From NCBI RefSeq assembly GCF_036321535.1, contig NC_087437.1:92878001-92942000 (forward strand): 64,000 nucleotides of DNA. The letters run 5' to 3'. A model generated the notes under the pieces. The model saw only the letters and a program-made list of their open reading frames with translations. It was not told the DNA's origin and ran no database searches. A program made the translations under genes and the position numbers. This DNA comes from Camelus dromedarius. Lineage: Eukaryota. The stretch's first letter is position 1. Each line of letters opens with the position of its first letter. Of the stretch, positions 14,491-25,914 are shown in pieces.

Positions 14491-15444
14491 GTCTACTGAG
14501 TATCCTGCTTCTGAGTTTCAAGTATTGTTTGATATTTTACAAATGTTTGCATACTGCCATCTTTACGGAAAATAAGACATGCCTTTTTGAAGGTTGTCCA
14601 AATCCTCCACCCTTTTACTTTGAGGCCCCTAGTTACTACATATCTTTCATTAAGTCCTTATTATTCCTTTTGCAAAAAAAAATTTTGAATGTTTTAAAAT
14701 TAAACGCCCACGGCTGATCAACACTTTCTTCTCCATAGCCCCTTGGATTCTTCACACCTCGGTCTTAACTGGGACAGATATCCCCCAAGCCTCTCCAGTT
14801 TCTACGTACAAATTAACTTGGAAACTACCAGGCTGGTGGGCCCAATTCTCGCAGTGTACAACCCTGTAGTCTTAAAAAAAAAGGATCTTTGAGCTAGAAA
14901 CCAGTCAGATGAAACAACACAAAAGAAGTTCCAAGTAGGGGAAGACTACCTAGGGTCTCCCATTCCTAAGCCAAGAGGAAGAGATATTTCTTACCACTTC
15001 GAAGTGATTCTTACCACTTCCAGGAAGATTTGAAAATGAACTTAACATGTTCAACGTATTACTCTATCCATACTTGACTGTTCCCCTCACAGTGAATTTA
15101 CTTCATCTGCCTGAAACACTATGTTAACAATAAGAAACTCTCAAAACTTAAGATATACATATACTCATTTGAAGGGGAGGCCGCCAGTGGGAGTAGCCTA
15201 AAGAAAAGCGAGGGGCTTGCTCCGGAGACGAGAATGGGTCAGGATTAAACGAGGTCAAGGCTGCGGAAGGTCGGCCCAGCACCAGGAGAGGGCAGGCCTC
15301 GGCGGGCCCAGGTGCGGGCCGCGTGAGTGGGCGGAGGGCCTGGGCGCCTCCTCCCCTCGCGGGACGTGCGTCCGGGGATCACTCCGGGTCCCGCTCCTCC
15401 ACGCCGGCGGGGGGAAAAGGGGACCGGCGGCCGTTGCCTCCAGC

Positions 15445-15450
15445 TATAAA
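15445..15450 (+). promoter_or_regulatory. TATA box candidate
   Basis: ctTATAAA-type match (cagcTATAAAgg), the only AT run in the upstream island, ~150 nt before the ATG; implies a TSS near 15475. Confidence 0.6.
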
Positions 15451-15593
15451 GGACGGACGTCCGCAGCTCGCCTCAGCTCGCCTGGGCGTCCTTCGGCTCC
15501 GCCCTCGCCGCCTTCCTCCCGGCTAGAGCGCCCGTTCCCGCTCAGGCTCCACTCGACCCTCTCGGGCCTCGGCTACTCGGGCTGCGGCGGAAG

Positions 15594-15745
15594 ATGGCGG
15601 CTCCGGCGAGTCCCCCGGCTCGGGAGGCTCGGGCCCAATGCTCTGAGGAGGCGCTGGCCGCTGCCCTGGCCGACGTACCCGAACTAGCCCGACTTCTGGA
15701 GATAGACCCGTACCTGAAGCCCTTCGCTCCGGACTTCCAGCGCAG
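15594..15745 (+). CDS. GBE1: 1,4-alpha-glucan branching enzyme, coding exon 1 (50 codons + 2 nt, phase-2 donor CAG|GTACAG)
   Basis: Translation MAAP...[32 protein letters not shown] matches the mammalian GBE1 N-terminus; Kozak context aagATGG; similarity ends exactly at the GT at 15746. Confidence 0.96.
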
Positions 15746-18700
15746 GTACAGCCCCGCACTCTCCCCCCACCCCCCCTTCACCTCAGAACCCAGCAGCCCG
15801 CCTTCCAGGCGCGGGCTCGGGGCTCGGGCCGCCCCTCGGCCCCCGGGCCTGCAGGCCACGCCCCTCGCCGCTCCGCCCCCGGCGGCCCCGCCCCCGGCCT
15901 TGGAGGGTAGCCGCTTCCGAGCCTGGGCGTCCGCGTCGAGTCCGATAGTTGGGCCCAGGGGTTTCCTGCATCGTGAGTTGACAATTCTTGCCCGGGACTA
16001 GACGCAGAAGCGCTGAATAAACTTTCCTTATCCCTCTCCCCTCCCTTCGAATCAGAGGTTTGTGCCATTGAGTGTGTGCTTTAGCTCCCAGCACACGTTG
16101 CCTCCGGTTCTGATGAAGTGGCAACACCACTGCAGGTTTTGTGGACTTTCCATGCACCACAGTGGTCCTGTGAAGTAGCGTGTGCACAACACCCGCATGT
16201 GTTAATGCGCTTTTAAAACTGCAGTTTATTTAACAGCATATATTGTGATTTTATATCCAATAGGGTTCGTTCAGGCAGCTTTTCTTTACTTGATGATAAT
16301 CTCAAGATTAAGCATATCTTGGTCACTTTTTTTTTTTTTTATCCCGTTGGGACAACATTCGTCCGTGTTTGGCATTGTCATCCTGAAGAGGGAGAAGGGT
16401 GAGGAAAGCTAAACTTAACAGAGGCCAATTTAGCATGTAGTATACTTTCATTTTAGCTTGTTTCCTCTCTTGCTGTAGTAAATTGGCTTACCACAATTAA
16501 GTTAATAGGATATTAATTCTAGTAGTCAGCTAACTTTAAAAGATACAGTTTTAAGTCTAAAATAGTTGTTATACTAGTAATAGTAGTTGTATTTGTGAGA
16601 TAAGCATGTTGTGATTTAACGGTTTCTGCCCTATTAGCAGAGCCACTTGAGAATGAAAACTACCATGGCAACAGAGTATACCTACCCATATATTAAAGTA
16701 ACAGTAAACTTCTACCTAGTTACTGGCTTCACAGCATTGGTAATGAAACATCGTTCATTGACCTGGAGTTTGGAAAAAAACAATCGTAGATCCGTGACCT
16801 GGCCTTGGCACTTACTACCTGTACTCAATTCAGCAACTGTTTATTAGGGATCCCTTATGAACACAAAGTAAGGGACACAAAGTTGAATGCATCTCATTTT
16901 AGAGCTTGTATATCCTAATGCATGAGCCCTTTTCAAAGGTGTCACCTTGAGCTGTTGCTCAGTTAATCAGATGTTGGGCCCTTAAGCCATTTAGGGAGCA
17001 GCCATGTGGAATTCCCTTCAATATTTACAATATGTGCTTTCATAGTACATAATCTGCATAGTTCAAGATTGGATTTGATTTAGAAACAGTTAACATTTTA
17101 GAGCAAAAGATAGTGGCTAGAGTTTTTTGATAGACTTATTAATTATGACACTAATTTATTTGTATGCTTTGTAAAATGACATGTAAGACATTTCTAAAAG
17201 CAGAGTTGTGGAGTCTTTTGTCTACTTCCCCACATCCCCATTTTTAAAAAATGATCACGAGTAGACAGACATCCTTTGTTAAGTGTTTCTTTCATGTAAT
17301 TCACTTCAACTCCACTGGGATTGAAGCAGTTATGATCCTCTTTCATGGTTTGTCAGAACTAATGAGAGAGACAAAGGCCAGAATAAAGAAGTGGGGGCAA
17401 TCAGTGTTCTTGATGAAAAGGCTGGTCCAGTGGGTCCTTGTGCCTCCTCACTCTGACCTGAATTCTACTTCTGGCCTTGGTTCTGAGTAACTGCCATTTT
17501 CCAGCACACATGTTCCATTTAGGCATATCAAATGGTAATTAGGCATTTGGCAGTGGTGACTTTTACTGTTAACATTTGAAGAGTAAAAAAACTTCTTCAT
17601 AAAGTTTGGTCCTGGTTACTTTTCCTGTTTTCTGTTTATTTCTAGTAACCTACTTAGCCAGTGTGTCTTTGCCCTAACAGATACACAACCTGTCAAACGT
17701 AGGAGCAAGTATGCTTACTAAAGAGTGAAGAAAATTTAGGGTACAGATGACAATGGTATATAAAAATGGTGATGGGGGAGGCAGTTTCTTATTGATAGGC
17801 TGTCTTATTCTTCCCCAACCAATGTGTCTTCATTAGAAATTCCGTAATGTACATTCATTCTTGTTTACCTTTTCTGTAACTATAAGAATCAAATGTGAGG
17901 ATTAGTGAATTACTCTGTGCTATGAAATAAAAAATTCGTACATTAGTGTGTGTGACAGGCCCTATGATGTCTCATTGATGACCTCCTAAGATGGAATTTT
18001 CCTCTTGGCTTTCCTAAAAAAAAACCCTGTTATTTATACCACATTTAGTTGCTATGATCATAATTCCAACATCTTAGTGTTCTAAAACAACACTTAATTG
18101 TACCCATATTACATTCCAACGTGAGTCAGGCTGTCCTCATGGCAGTCATTCAAGGATCTAGTTTGATGAAGGCTTCGTTTTGAAACATGCTTCTACAGTG
18201 TCAGTGGCAAGAAACAGAGAACATACTGAACTATGCACTGTTTCTTACAGCTTTTGCCTGTAATAATCAGTCACTTCTGCTGATACATATATTGGCCAGT
18301 ATAAGTCAAATGTGACTTCTCAACTGTGTGGGTGGAACAGAAAACTGACATTTGTGAACAGCAGAACCAGCGAAACAGTTGGTGTAACACTTGTCTCTAC
18401 CCTCTGTTTAAAGTTTATATAGTGACTTTTAGATATATGATAGTATTTAATTTAACCTTCATAACAAAACCACAAGGTAGGAAGGATGAGTGTTTTTGTT
18501 TTTCTTATTCTACAGATGAAGGACCTGAGATTTGGTCAGGTTACTAATTTAAGTTCGTGTGGCTTGCTGCAGCTGAGTTTAATCTTTCTTTACTAAAACT
18601 GTTCTCAACAAGTTCACAAACAATGACTTCTTGGTAAGTTAGTGGATACCTCTTTCCCTTTTTTTATTGCTAGCATTTTGGACCACTTCTTGGCTCCTTG

Positions 18701-20862
18701 AAGCCATGATACTTTAGCTCTTGCTTTTCTTCCACTGTCTCTGGTGGTTTCTCTTCAGCCTTTTTGTGACAATTTAATATAAGATTCTCAGGGCTCTTCC
18801 CTGGGTTCCTTTATGCATTTCTATTTTATATACTTATTTTCCCTAGGCATTCTCATGCATTCCATGAATTCCATCTATGCACTCAGGCTGCCCACATCTA
18901 TCTTCACCCTACATTTCTCTCCTGGTCTTAGTTTCCTGGTCTTATTTAGTAAATACCTTTATTTTGATGTACTGTAAGTACACAACTCAGTATGTATAAA
19001 ACTGAACTTAAGAGGTTTTTATCCCAAGCTTGATTGTCCTTTTATACCTTATCCCATTGGGCGATATCCTCATGTACCAATTGCTCAAGCCTAAAACTTA
19101 AGATTTATCCTTAATTACTCCTCTCCCCTTCTTCTCACCTCCAAGCCTAGTGAATAGTAGCTCCTAACTATTCTTCAAGTATATGCCACTTTGTATGCTT
19201 ACTGCTACCCTCCTATTCAAGTTGCTAGCATCTCTAGCCTGGTTCTCAAAAACAGCCTCAGAGTTGGTCCCCCTTTCAAATCTTCTCAACAATTCCCATG
19301 GCTCTTAAAAGTATAGCATACTCTCTTTCTCATGACCAACAAGATTCTGTGTTATCTGGTCCCTGTCTACCATTTTAGCCTCATCTTTGGACCCTCCTTC
19401 TGACTCGGTACCACCTAATCAGCAGGGGGCTAAATGTAAAGAAGTACCTGGGATGTCTAGGGGCCGTTCTATAAGGGGCACTAAAATATCAATAGAATAA
19501 ATTGGAAACATGGTATCTATTTTACACAGGTACTCCTTTCTTAGATATTGAAGATTTTCATTTCTTATTTTGTATTGGCTCATAAAAAGTTAGGGGTCTA
19601 GAAGGACCACTGAATAAAAGCAAAAGAGATCGCGAACTAGAAACATTTTCTGATCTTTTCAGAAGAGTGACTCTTAGCTGTGTAGAAATGAATTAATATG
19701 GGAACCCATTTCTATACTTAATAGTTATTAATAGAAAATAATTTTTTCCATCCCACAAAATAGATTTTTATCAAATGTTTAAAAAATATCAATTTGAAGT
19801 GTGCCAGAATATTATCCTGTCTTGGGTGCCACATGTTTTGGTCTAGCTGTGGGTCCAGCTATGCTTTTATACATCTTATTTCTTCTGCTTGATGCACACT
19901 TTGCTTCTGTCTTACAAGTTTCTGTGCATGCTTCAGGGCACAGCTTAGAGATATACTAAATGCCTTCCCTGATTTCTCCCCATCCTTAAACCTTCTCACC
20001 GCTTACCTACCACCACACTATAAGGGTGATCATCCACGGTAATGTAATTGTCTTCCTGTTCTTTTGTATCTCCCACTGAATTATTTACTCCTGGGGGTCG
20101 GCACTTGTCTATATTGTTTGTTCACTCTTATCCTCTCGGCCTGTGGAACTGCACCTGGCTTATAGGAAATGCTATAGTTTTAAATGAGCAAATGACTGAG
20201 TGGATGTCTTCTGACTGTTTTTCTCTTTTCACTCTGTTTTTCTCTTTTCTACACCAGTAAGTCTCAGGTCAACTCATCTTAAGCTAAAATGTTAAGAATG
20301 CAGGGATGAACGGACAGAGAAAAGCAGTAGATACCAGGAGTTATGTGTGACAGTCTCAGGGCAGGGGAATGTATGTTTGAGTAAAAAGCTAAAAATAACC
20401 AGAGAAAATAAATTTGTTATTAATTTCTAGACTCCACAGAGACTAAAGGTTTAATCACTGAAGAAATACTCAGTTTGAAGAGAGCCTGAGGTCAAATTGC
20501 ATGCCCAAGAATGGGAAGAGAGATTTTTGTGAGCCCAAGTGTGTTAAATTACAATTACAGTGAACATCTCTATTTTGTAAGAAATAAAAATAGCTTTTAC
20601 AATGGTATCTAAGCAGAATGAGAAAGTAGTTTGGATTTGGTGTATCAGCAGCCACACTGAACGTTGATTCTCATGGTGTAGAAATTTTATATTGTAGCCG
20701 AGTGGTACACTTTTCCTCTCAGTGTCTGCCAAGTTGTGGGCTCTGAGGAAAGTCAGATGTCAATGGTTCTAGAAGGCAAAGAAGAATTGGAATATTATAA
20801 GTTGTATCTAGCATGCTCTTCTGTACTCGTAGTAGATTCATTTACCATCTGCAGCTGAAGTC

Positions 20863-20963
20863 TGTCCTAACTTCACAGTCACCTCTGAATTCTTTACAGT
20901 GATGGGCAAGAGGTCCTGACCTCTTCTCATTTTCAGAATGTCTTAAAATGACTCCATGGAGCA
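20863..20963 (+). repeat. Dispersed ~100-bp direct repeat, copy 1
   Basis: tgtcctaa.ttca.agtcacctctgaattctttacagtgatg.gcaagaggtcctgac... recurs at 23734-23830. Confidence 0.9.
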
Positions 20964-21084
20964 TTTGATTTAGTTAGGCCCTCGTGCCTGCTGCACCATC
21001 TCATGAGAAATGACTCTTTTTTTTTTTTGAAGTATAGTCAGTTTATAATGTTGTGTCAATTTCTGGTGTACAGCATGTTTCAGT

Positions 21085-21085
<1 letters not shown>

Positions 21086-21126
<41 letters not shown>

Positions 21127-21131
21127 CATAT
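21086..21131. repeat. (TA)n/(CATA)n microsatellite inside the L1 tail
   Basis: catacatacatatatatatatata... Confidence 0.9.
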
Positions 21132-21307
21132 TCCTTTTCATATTCTTTTTCATTATAGGTTACCACAAGATACTGGATTTGGTTCCCTGTGCTATACAGT
21201 AGAAACTTGTTGTTTGTCTATTTTATGTGTGATAGTATCTACAAATCTCAAACTCCCAATTTATCCCTTCCCACCTCCCTGCACTGATGACTGTGAGTTT
21301 GTTTTCT

Positions 21308-21854
21308 TTCTTTTTTAAAAATATTTTTATTGAAGTATAGTCAGTTTACAATGTTGTGTCAATTTCTGGTATACAGCACAATACTTCAGTCATATAGGAA
21401 CATACATATATTCGTTTTTATATTCTTTTTAACCATAAGTTACTACAAGATATTGAATATAGTTCTCTGTGCTACACAGTAGAAACTTGTTTATCTACTT
21501 TATATATAGTGGTTAGTATCTGCAAATCTCAATCTCCCAATTTATCTCTTCCCACCCCTTTCCTCCCCTGGTAACCGTAAGTTTGTTTTCTATGTCTGTG
21601 AATCTGTTTCTGTTTTGTAGATAAGTTTGTCTTTTTTTTTTTTTTTTTTAAGATTCCACATATAAGTGATATCATATGGTATTTTTCTTTCTCCTTCTGG
21701 CTTACATCACTTAAAATGACATTCTCCAGGCCCATCCATGTTGCTGCAAATGGCATTATTTTATTCTTTTTATGGCTGGGTAGTATTCCATTGTGTAAAT
21801 ATACCACAATTTCTTTATCCAGTCATCTGTCAATGGACATTTAGGTTGTTTCCA
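21308..21854 (-). mobile_element. 5'-truncated L1 (ORF2 C-terminus + 3'UTR) nested in the chimera
   Basis: TSD tgagtttgttttct at 21294-21307 and 21855-21868; ORF track 21529-21807 gives [36 protein letters not shown]. Confidence 0.9.
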
Positions 21855-21869
21855 TGAGTTTGTTTTCTA

Positions 21870-21960
21870 TGCCTCCTCCTCTTGGTTTCAGATGCTCTAC
21901 ACGTTCAGAAAATCTTCTCTAGTAAAGAACTATAGAAATGATCCCTGAAAGTACAGTCTT
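21870..21960 (-). pseudogene. SNORD3: U3 snoRNA 5' fragment (~90 nt), retroposed pseudogene
   Basis: Reverse complement aagactgtactttcagggatcatttctatagttctttactagagaagattttctgaacgtgtagagcatctgaaaccaagaggaggagg matches the vertebrate U3 5' domain from nucleotide 1; 3' domain absent. Confidence 0.93.
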
Positions 21961-22604
21961 GAGAAATGACTCTTAAAGTGGTAACTTCTTAGAAGATTCA
22001 GTCTGGCTCCCACCAGGCTGGCTCTAGTTAGTCAGTGAGATGGTAACACAGATCCTGTGAAATGTGCTATAGTTTTAGATTGATGAGTGTGTCATCCTAG
22101 TATTATTTAAAAGCATGTACTAAACTTCTATTGTACATTTATAGATATTAAGGGAAAACATGAAAGTGTTTTCATTGAAGAGAATTGCTGCTATCAGATA
22201 CTTTTCATTCTAAAGTAAGTTTATTGTTTTATTGAAGAGTAGATTCTCTTCTTGTGGTGATGTCTGCTCATCGGTGGATGCTCACTACTGTTTGGAATCC
22301 AGATTTTTTTTGTGCTTAGTGTCCAAAAGCAGCCCTATTCTGTTTTGCTTTTAGAGTAACAGGAACCCAGTACATTGACAGGAGGCAAAAGTGCCCATTA
22401 AATGTATGCTGTTATACAACCTATGTTCATTAATTTCTTACACAGTTGACGTTGTTTAAGTTATGGGAGTAACCTATTGATTTTTAATGTTTAAAAGATC
22501 ATAATAGTTTAGATCTTATATTTAGTTTCTTCACATGTAAAATGGAAAAAAAATAAACATATGGCTGAGTGTCCATGTTGCAAAGTACAAGAGCAAGATG
22601 AAGC

Positions 22605-22780
22605 TTGAATTTTAGCTGTCGTGATGCTAAATAGCTTTGAATACAAGGGCAAATTAGTCAACCTCTGTGAACCTCAGTTTCTTCCTCAGTAAAATACGGA
22701 TTGGACCCACCTTGTAGGGATGTCTTGAGGAAGAGAAATATATGTAAAGATGCTCAGTAAATTACAATAGTTATTTAATA
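22605..22780 (+). mobile_element. MIR SINE relic
   Basis: gggcaaattagtcaacctctgtgaacctcagtttcttcctcagtaaaatacggatt. Confidence 0.65.
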
Positions 22781-23070
22781 ACCATAATATTATTAGCAAA
22801 CTAACTTGTCATCTTAAATATTTACTAACATATTATTTTCAGAAGATTTTATTATTGTCTGCTTCTTTAATTCTGTATCCTGAAATCAGCCATCAGATAA
22901 ATTATCTGACCAGAAATTCCCCACCACTCTTCATTTTGCTGCTTAACAACGTCTTTAAGGGGTTCCTTCTCTTTTCTAGTAGTGTGACTGTGTGAATGAG
23001 GTGAGGAGGTGGTCTTTTTAATCATAATCTAATAGAGAAAGAAAATAATATGTTTAAACTTTGATTCATG

Positions 23071-23200
23071 TAGTAACTTGTGGTGAAAAAGAATATGAAA
23101 ACGAATATATGTATGTTCATGTATGACTGAAGCATTATGCTATACACCAGAAATTGACACAAATTGTAAACTGACTATACTTCAATAAAAATATATATAT
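23071..23200 (+). mobile_element. Very short L1 3' tail
   Basis: L1 3'UTR end with aataaa; imperfect TSD aaactttgattcatg (23056-23070) / aaactttgatccttg (23201-23215). Confidence 0.85.
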
Positions 23201-23733
23201 AAACTTTGATCCTTGATTTGGAGGGGAAATGATAAGGCAATTGCAAGTTTGCTACAAGTTGAAGGCACGATGAGTTCTGGGATGTAATGAGCACAAAGCT
23301 CCCTTTATTGAGAGCAGTAAATGCTAGCTCGCAGAAACCCAGAATCACTTGTCTCTTGATCTTCCTTTTCTGTCTTTTCTCTTCTTTCATCTGACTGCTA
23401 AGTGTTCATATTCTTGGGCATCAAACAGCTGCAGGGATTTTCTTCCTCCTGAACTCTGGATGGTGGTTGGAGGAAATGATCATACCGAGTTTACTAATAG
23501 CAGGAATGACTTTGAAAATAAGAAGAAAAAAATTGTAATAGCAGTTTAAAAGTTTGCAAATGGAAGAATTATCTAGTGAAGTTTGAACATATGATCCATT
23601 AATAAGAAAAAAATTTAAATCCTCTGTCTTGCCTTGTCTTTTTTCTCTTTTTTTATTTGGTGATTTCAGTTATTTTCAATATGTCTGATTTTGCAATGAG
23701 ATGCATTAAAAAAAAAAAGGAATGAAATATTTA

Positions 23734-23830
23734 TGTCCTAAGTTCAGAGTCACCTCTGAATTCTTTACAGTGATGCGCAAGAGGTCCTGACTTCTCGTTT
23801 TCAAAATGTCTTACAATGATCCATTGAACA
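23734..23830 (+). repeat. Dispersed ~100-bp direct repeat, copy 2
   Basis: Diverged copy of 20863-20963. Confidence 0.9.
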
Positions 23831-24560
23831 ATAAATAACAATTAGACACAGTTTCTGGGTGTATGCCCTAAGTCTGTAATCTAAAATGTGATAATCAGAA
23901 ACCAAATCTGCAAATATATTTCTTTGTATAGGTAATCTTGAAGTTTTCCAAATACTTAGCAAATGAGAAATAATTCTTTTATTAAAAAATCATATGTTGC
24001 TCAATATCAATATAACTTATTTTTATTTCATTATTGATAAACAACTAGCCACAGATTGTATTTAATTATGAATAACTGTGTAATACAGCTACATTCTCTG
24101 TTACTGAACATGATAAAATCAGTTACGCATTTAGATGTATGTAACAAAAACTGAACACACCCTCAAAGAATATCCCACAAACTGTGAGTTATTGAAATAG
24201 AGGTTTGTATTTCTCACAAAGAAAGTGAAGGTGAGTGATTTGGGCCTCAGTATTGACGCTTTGTCTATCTTTCGGCTCTACTATTCTTAGCACGTGGTCT
24301 TTATTCTGATGCTTAGAAGCATATTTAGGGCTCACATCTGTCTTCCTACCAGGAGGACGAGCCAACTCACCATGTCCATTTTAACCAAGCATATGTAAGT
24401 TTACCGTAAACTCCATTGAGTTCTTTCAGTTTACAAATTGCTGACCAGAGCTATCCCATGGCATGGCCCATCCTCAGCTGAAAGTAAGCCTCATAGTCAA
24501 GGCTTTTCATTGTGCACATCTTCCTGAGAAATATCTTTTTGCCTTCTCTGGGCTCTTTCA

Positions 24561-24725
<165 letters not shown>

Positions 24726-25914
24726 CTATACTTGATCTCTATTGTTCTGGATTCTGTTCTTGGGGGAAAATACAGAAACTTTCACCTACTTTAGTCCAAA
24801 GTTAGCCACCTGGTCTGGCCCAATGAGTTGGGGAGCACCACTGTTTTCTCTTTTTAATTTAATAGTTATTTTATTTTAAAAAAAATATGAGAATGTGTGG
24901 AGAGGAAATTAGTTCTTCAGTAACTAATAATTTTTCCATATTCTCTTGGGCTCATTCAAAAATCTGCTTTGTCTCTAAGATATTTATAGGGCTAGAAAGA
25001 ATAAAAAAGAACTAACTTAAGATGTCAATTAATTAATGCTTAGTCTTTAAAACATGACTTATCTTTTGTTACCTAACTGCATACAAGTTTATAGGCTTTA
25101 ACATTATGCCTTTCTATTCTTTTTTTTTTAAAGCTTTAAGTTGTGTAAATTTTGTTTTTCAGAACATATCAGCTACAGACTTATCATATAAATAGAAGAT
25201 TTTTCACCATTCAAGTTCATTGTTTCCTCTTTGACAATAGACTAAAGAGCAATTTGTGGAAGAATATGATTCCTCTTTGATGTCAGAATAGATCAGTGAT
25301 ATGTCTGGGGTCATATTAGTTTTTTTTTCTTAAGAGATTATAGGTCTGTTGTCCATGATCATTTTAGTTCCTTTTTGGAGGTCATGAGTAACTAATGTGT
25401 GAATTATCATTGCTATTTTCATTGTTTTACAATCTTAAGAGAATTGGTTATTATTCCAGGATTCTGGAGAATCACAAATTCATGTTCATCATTTCCAAAT
25501 TTTTTCCCCTCCAGTTCTTATCTTTCAGCATTAATAATTTCTGATACTTTTGTTTGCTTATTTGTACATTTTTTTGGTTTACTTGTGGGAGTCTTCCATT
25601 CTTTTGACCATTACAGTTGGCAGAGCTATTTTGGTTAAGTTGTGCTTGTTAGTGATTGGACCGTAGTGAAGCTAATGGGTCTCTTTTTGCTTCACTTCCC
25701 TAAGCTGCCTTTTATTGAAAACTGTCTGCAATCCATGAAGTATTAGGTGAACCTCTACTCACAAATATGACACATAAACAGGAAATACAGAGAAACAAGA
25801 GTGTTACCAAAACTGAAGTTTGATTGTAGCAGGTTTAAAGTGTCTTTAAAGTTAGAAGACCTTTAAAAATACAGTGAATTTAGAGAATTTCAAGTTGGGT
25901 TAGACTAGATTAAA

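Larger units (their letters stand above)
15180..16010. promoter_or_regulatory. GBE1: CpG island / GBE1 promoter and first exon region
   Basis: Abrupt GC- and CpG-rich block in AT-rich background; GC boxes gggcgg (15328-15333) and gccccgcccc (~15885-15895). Confidence 0.92.
21019..21960 (-). mobile_element. U3 snoRNA / L1 3'-end chimeric retrocopy
   Basis: Flanked by TSD gagaaatgactctt (21005-21018 and 21961-21974); poly-T then L1 3'UTR at left, U3 5' end at right. Confidence 0.9.

Noticed and set aside
15217..16187. Multiple ORFs across the CpG island, including the 135-aa read-through of exon 1
   Set aside because: Stop-codon scarcity in GC-rich DNA; GBE1 similarity ends at the splice donor at 15746
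21870..21960. Functional U3 snoRNA gene
   Set aside because: Only the 5' ~90 nt are present, the 3' box B/C/D domain is missing, it has substitutions, and it is TSD-flanked and fused to L1
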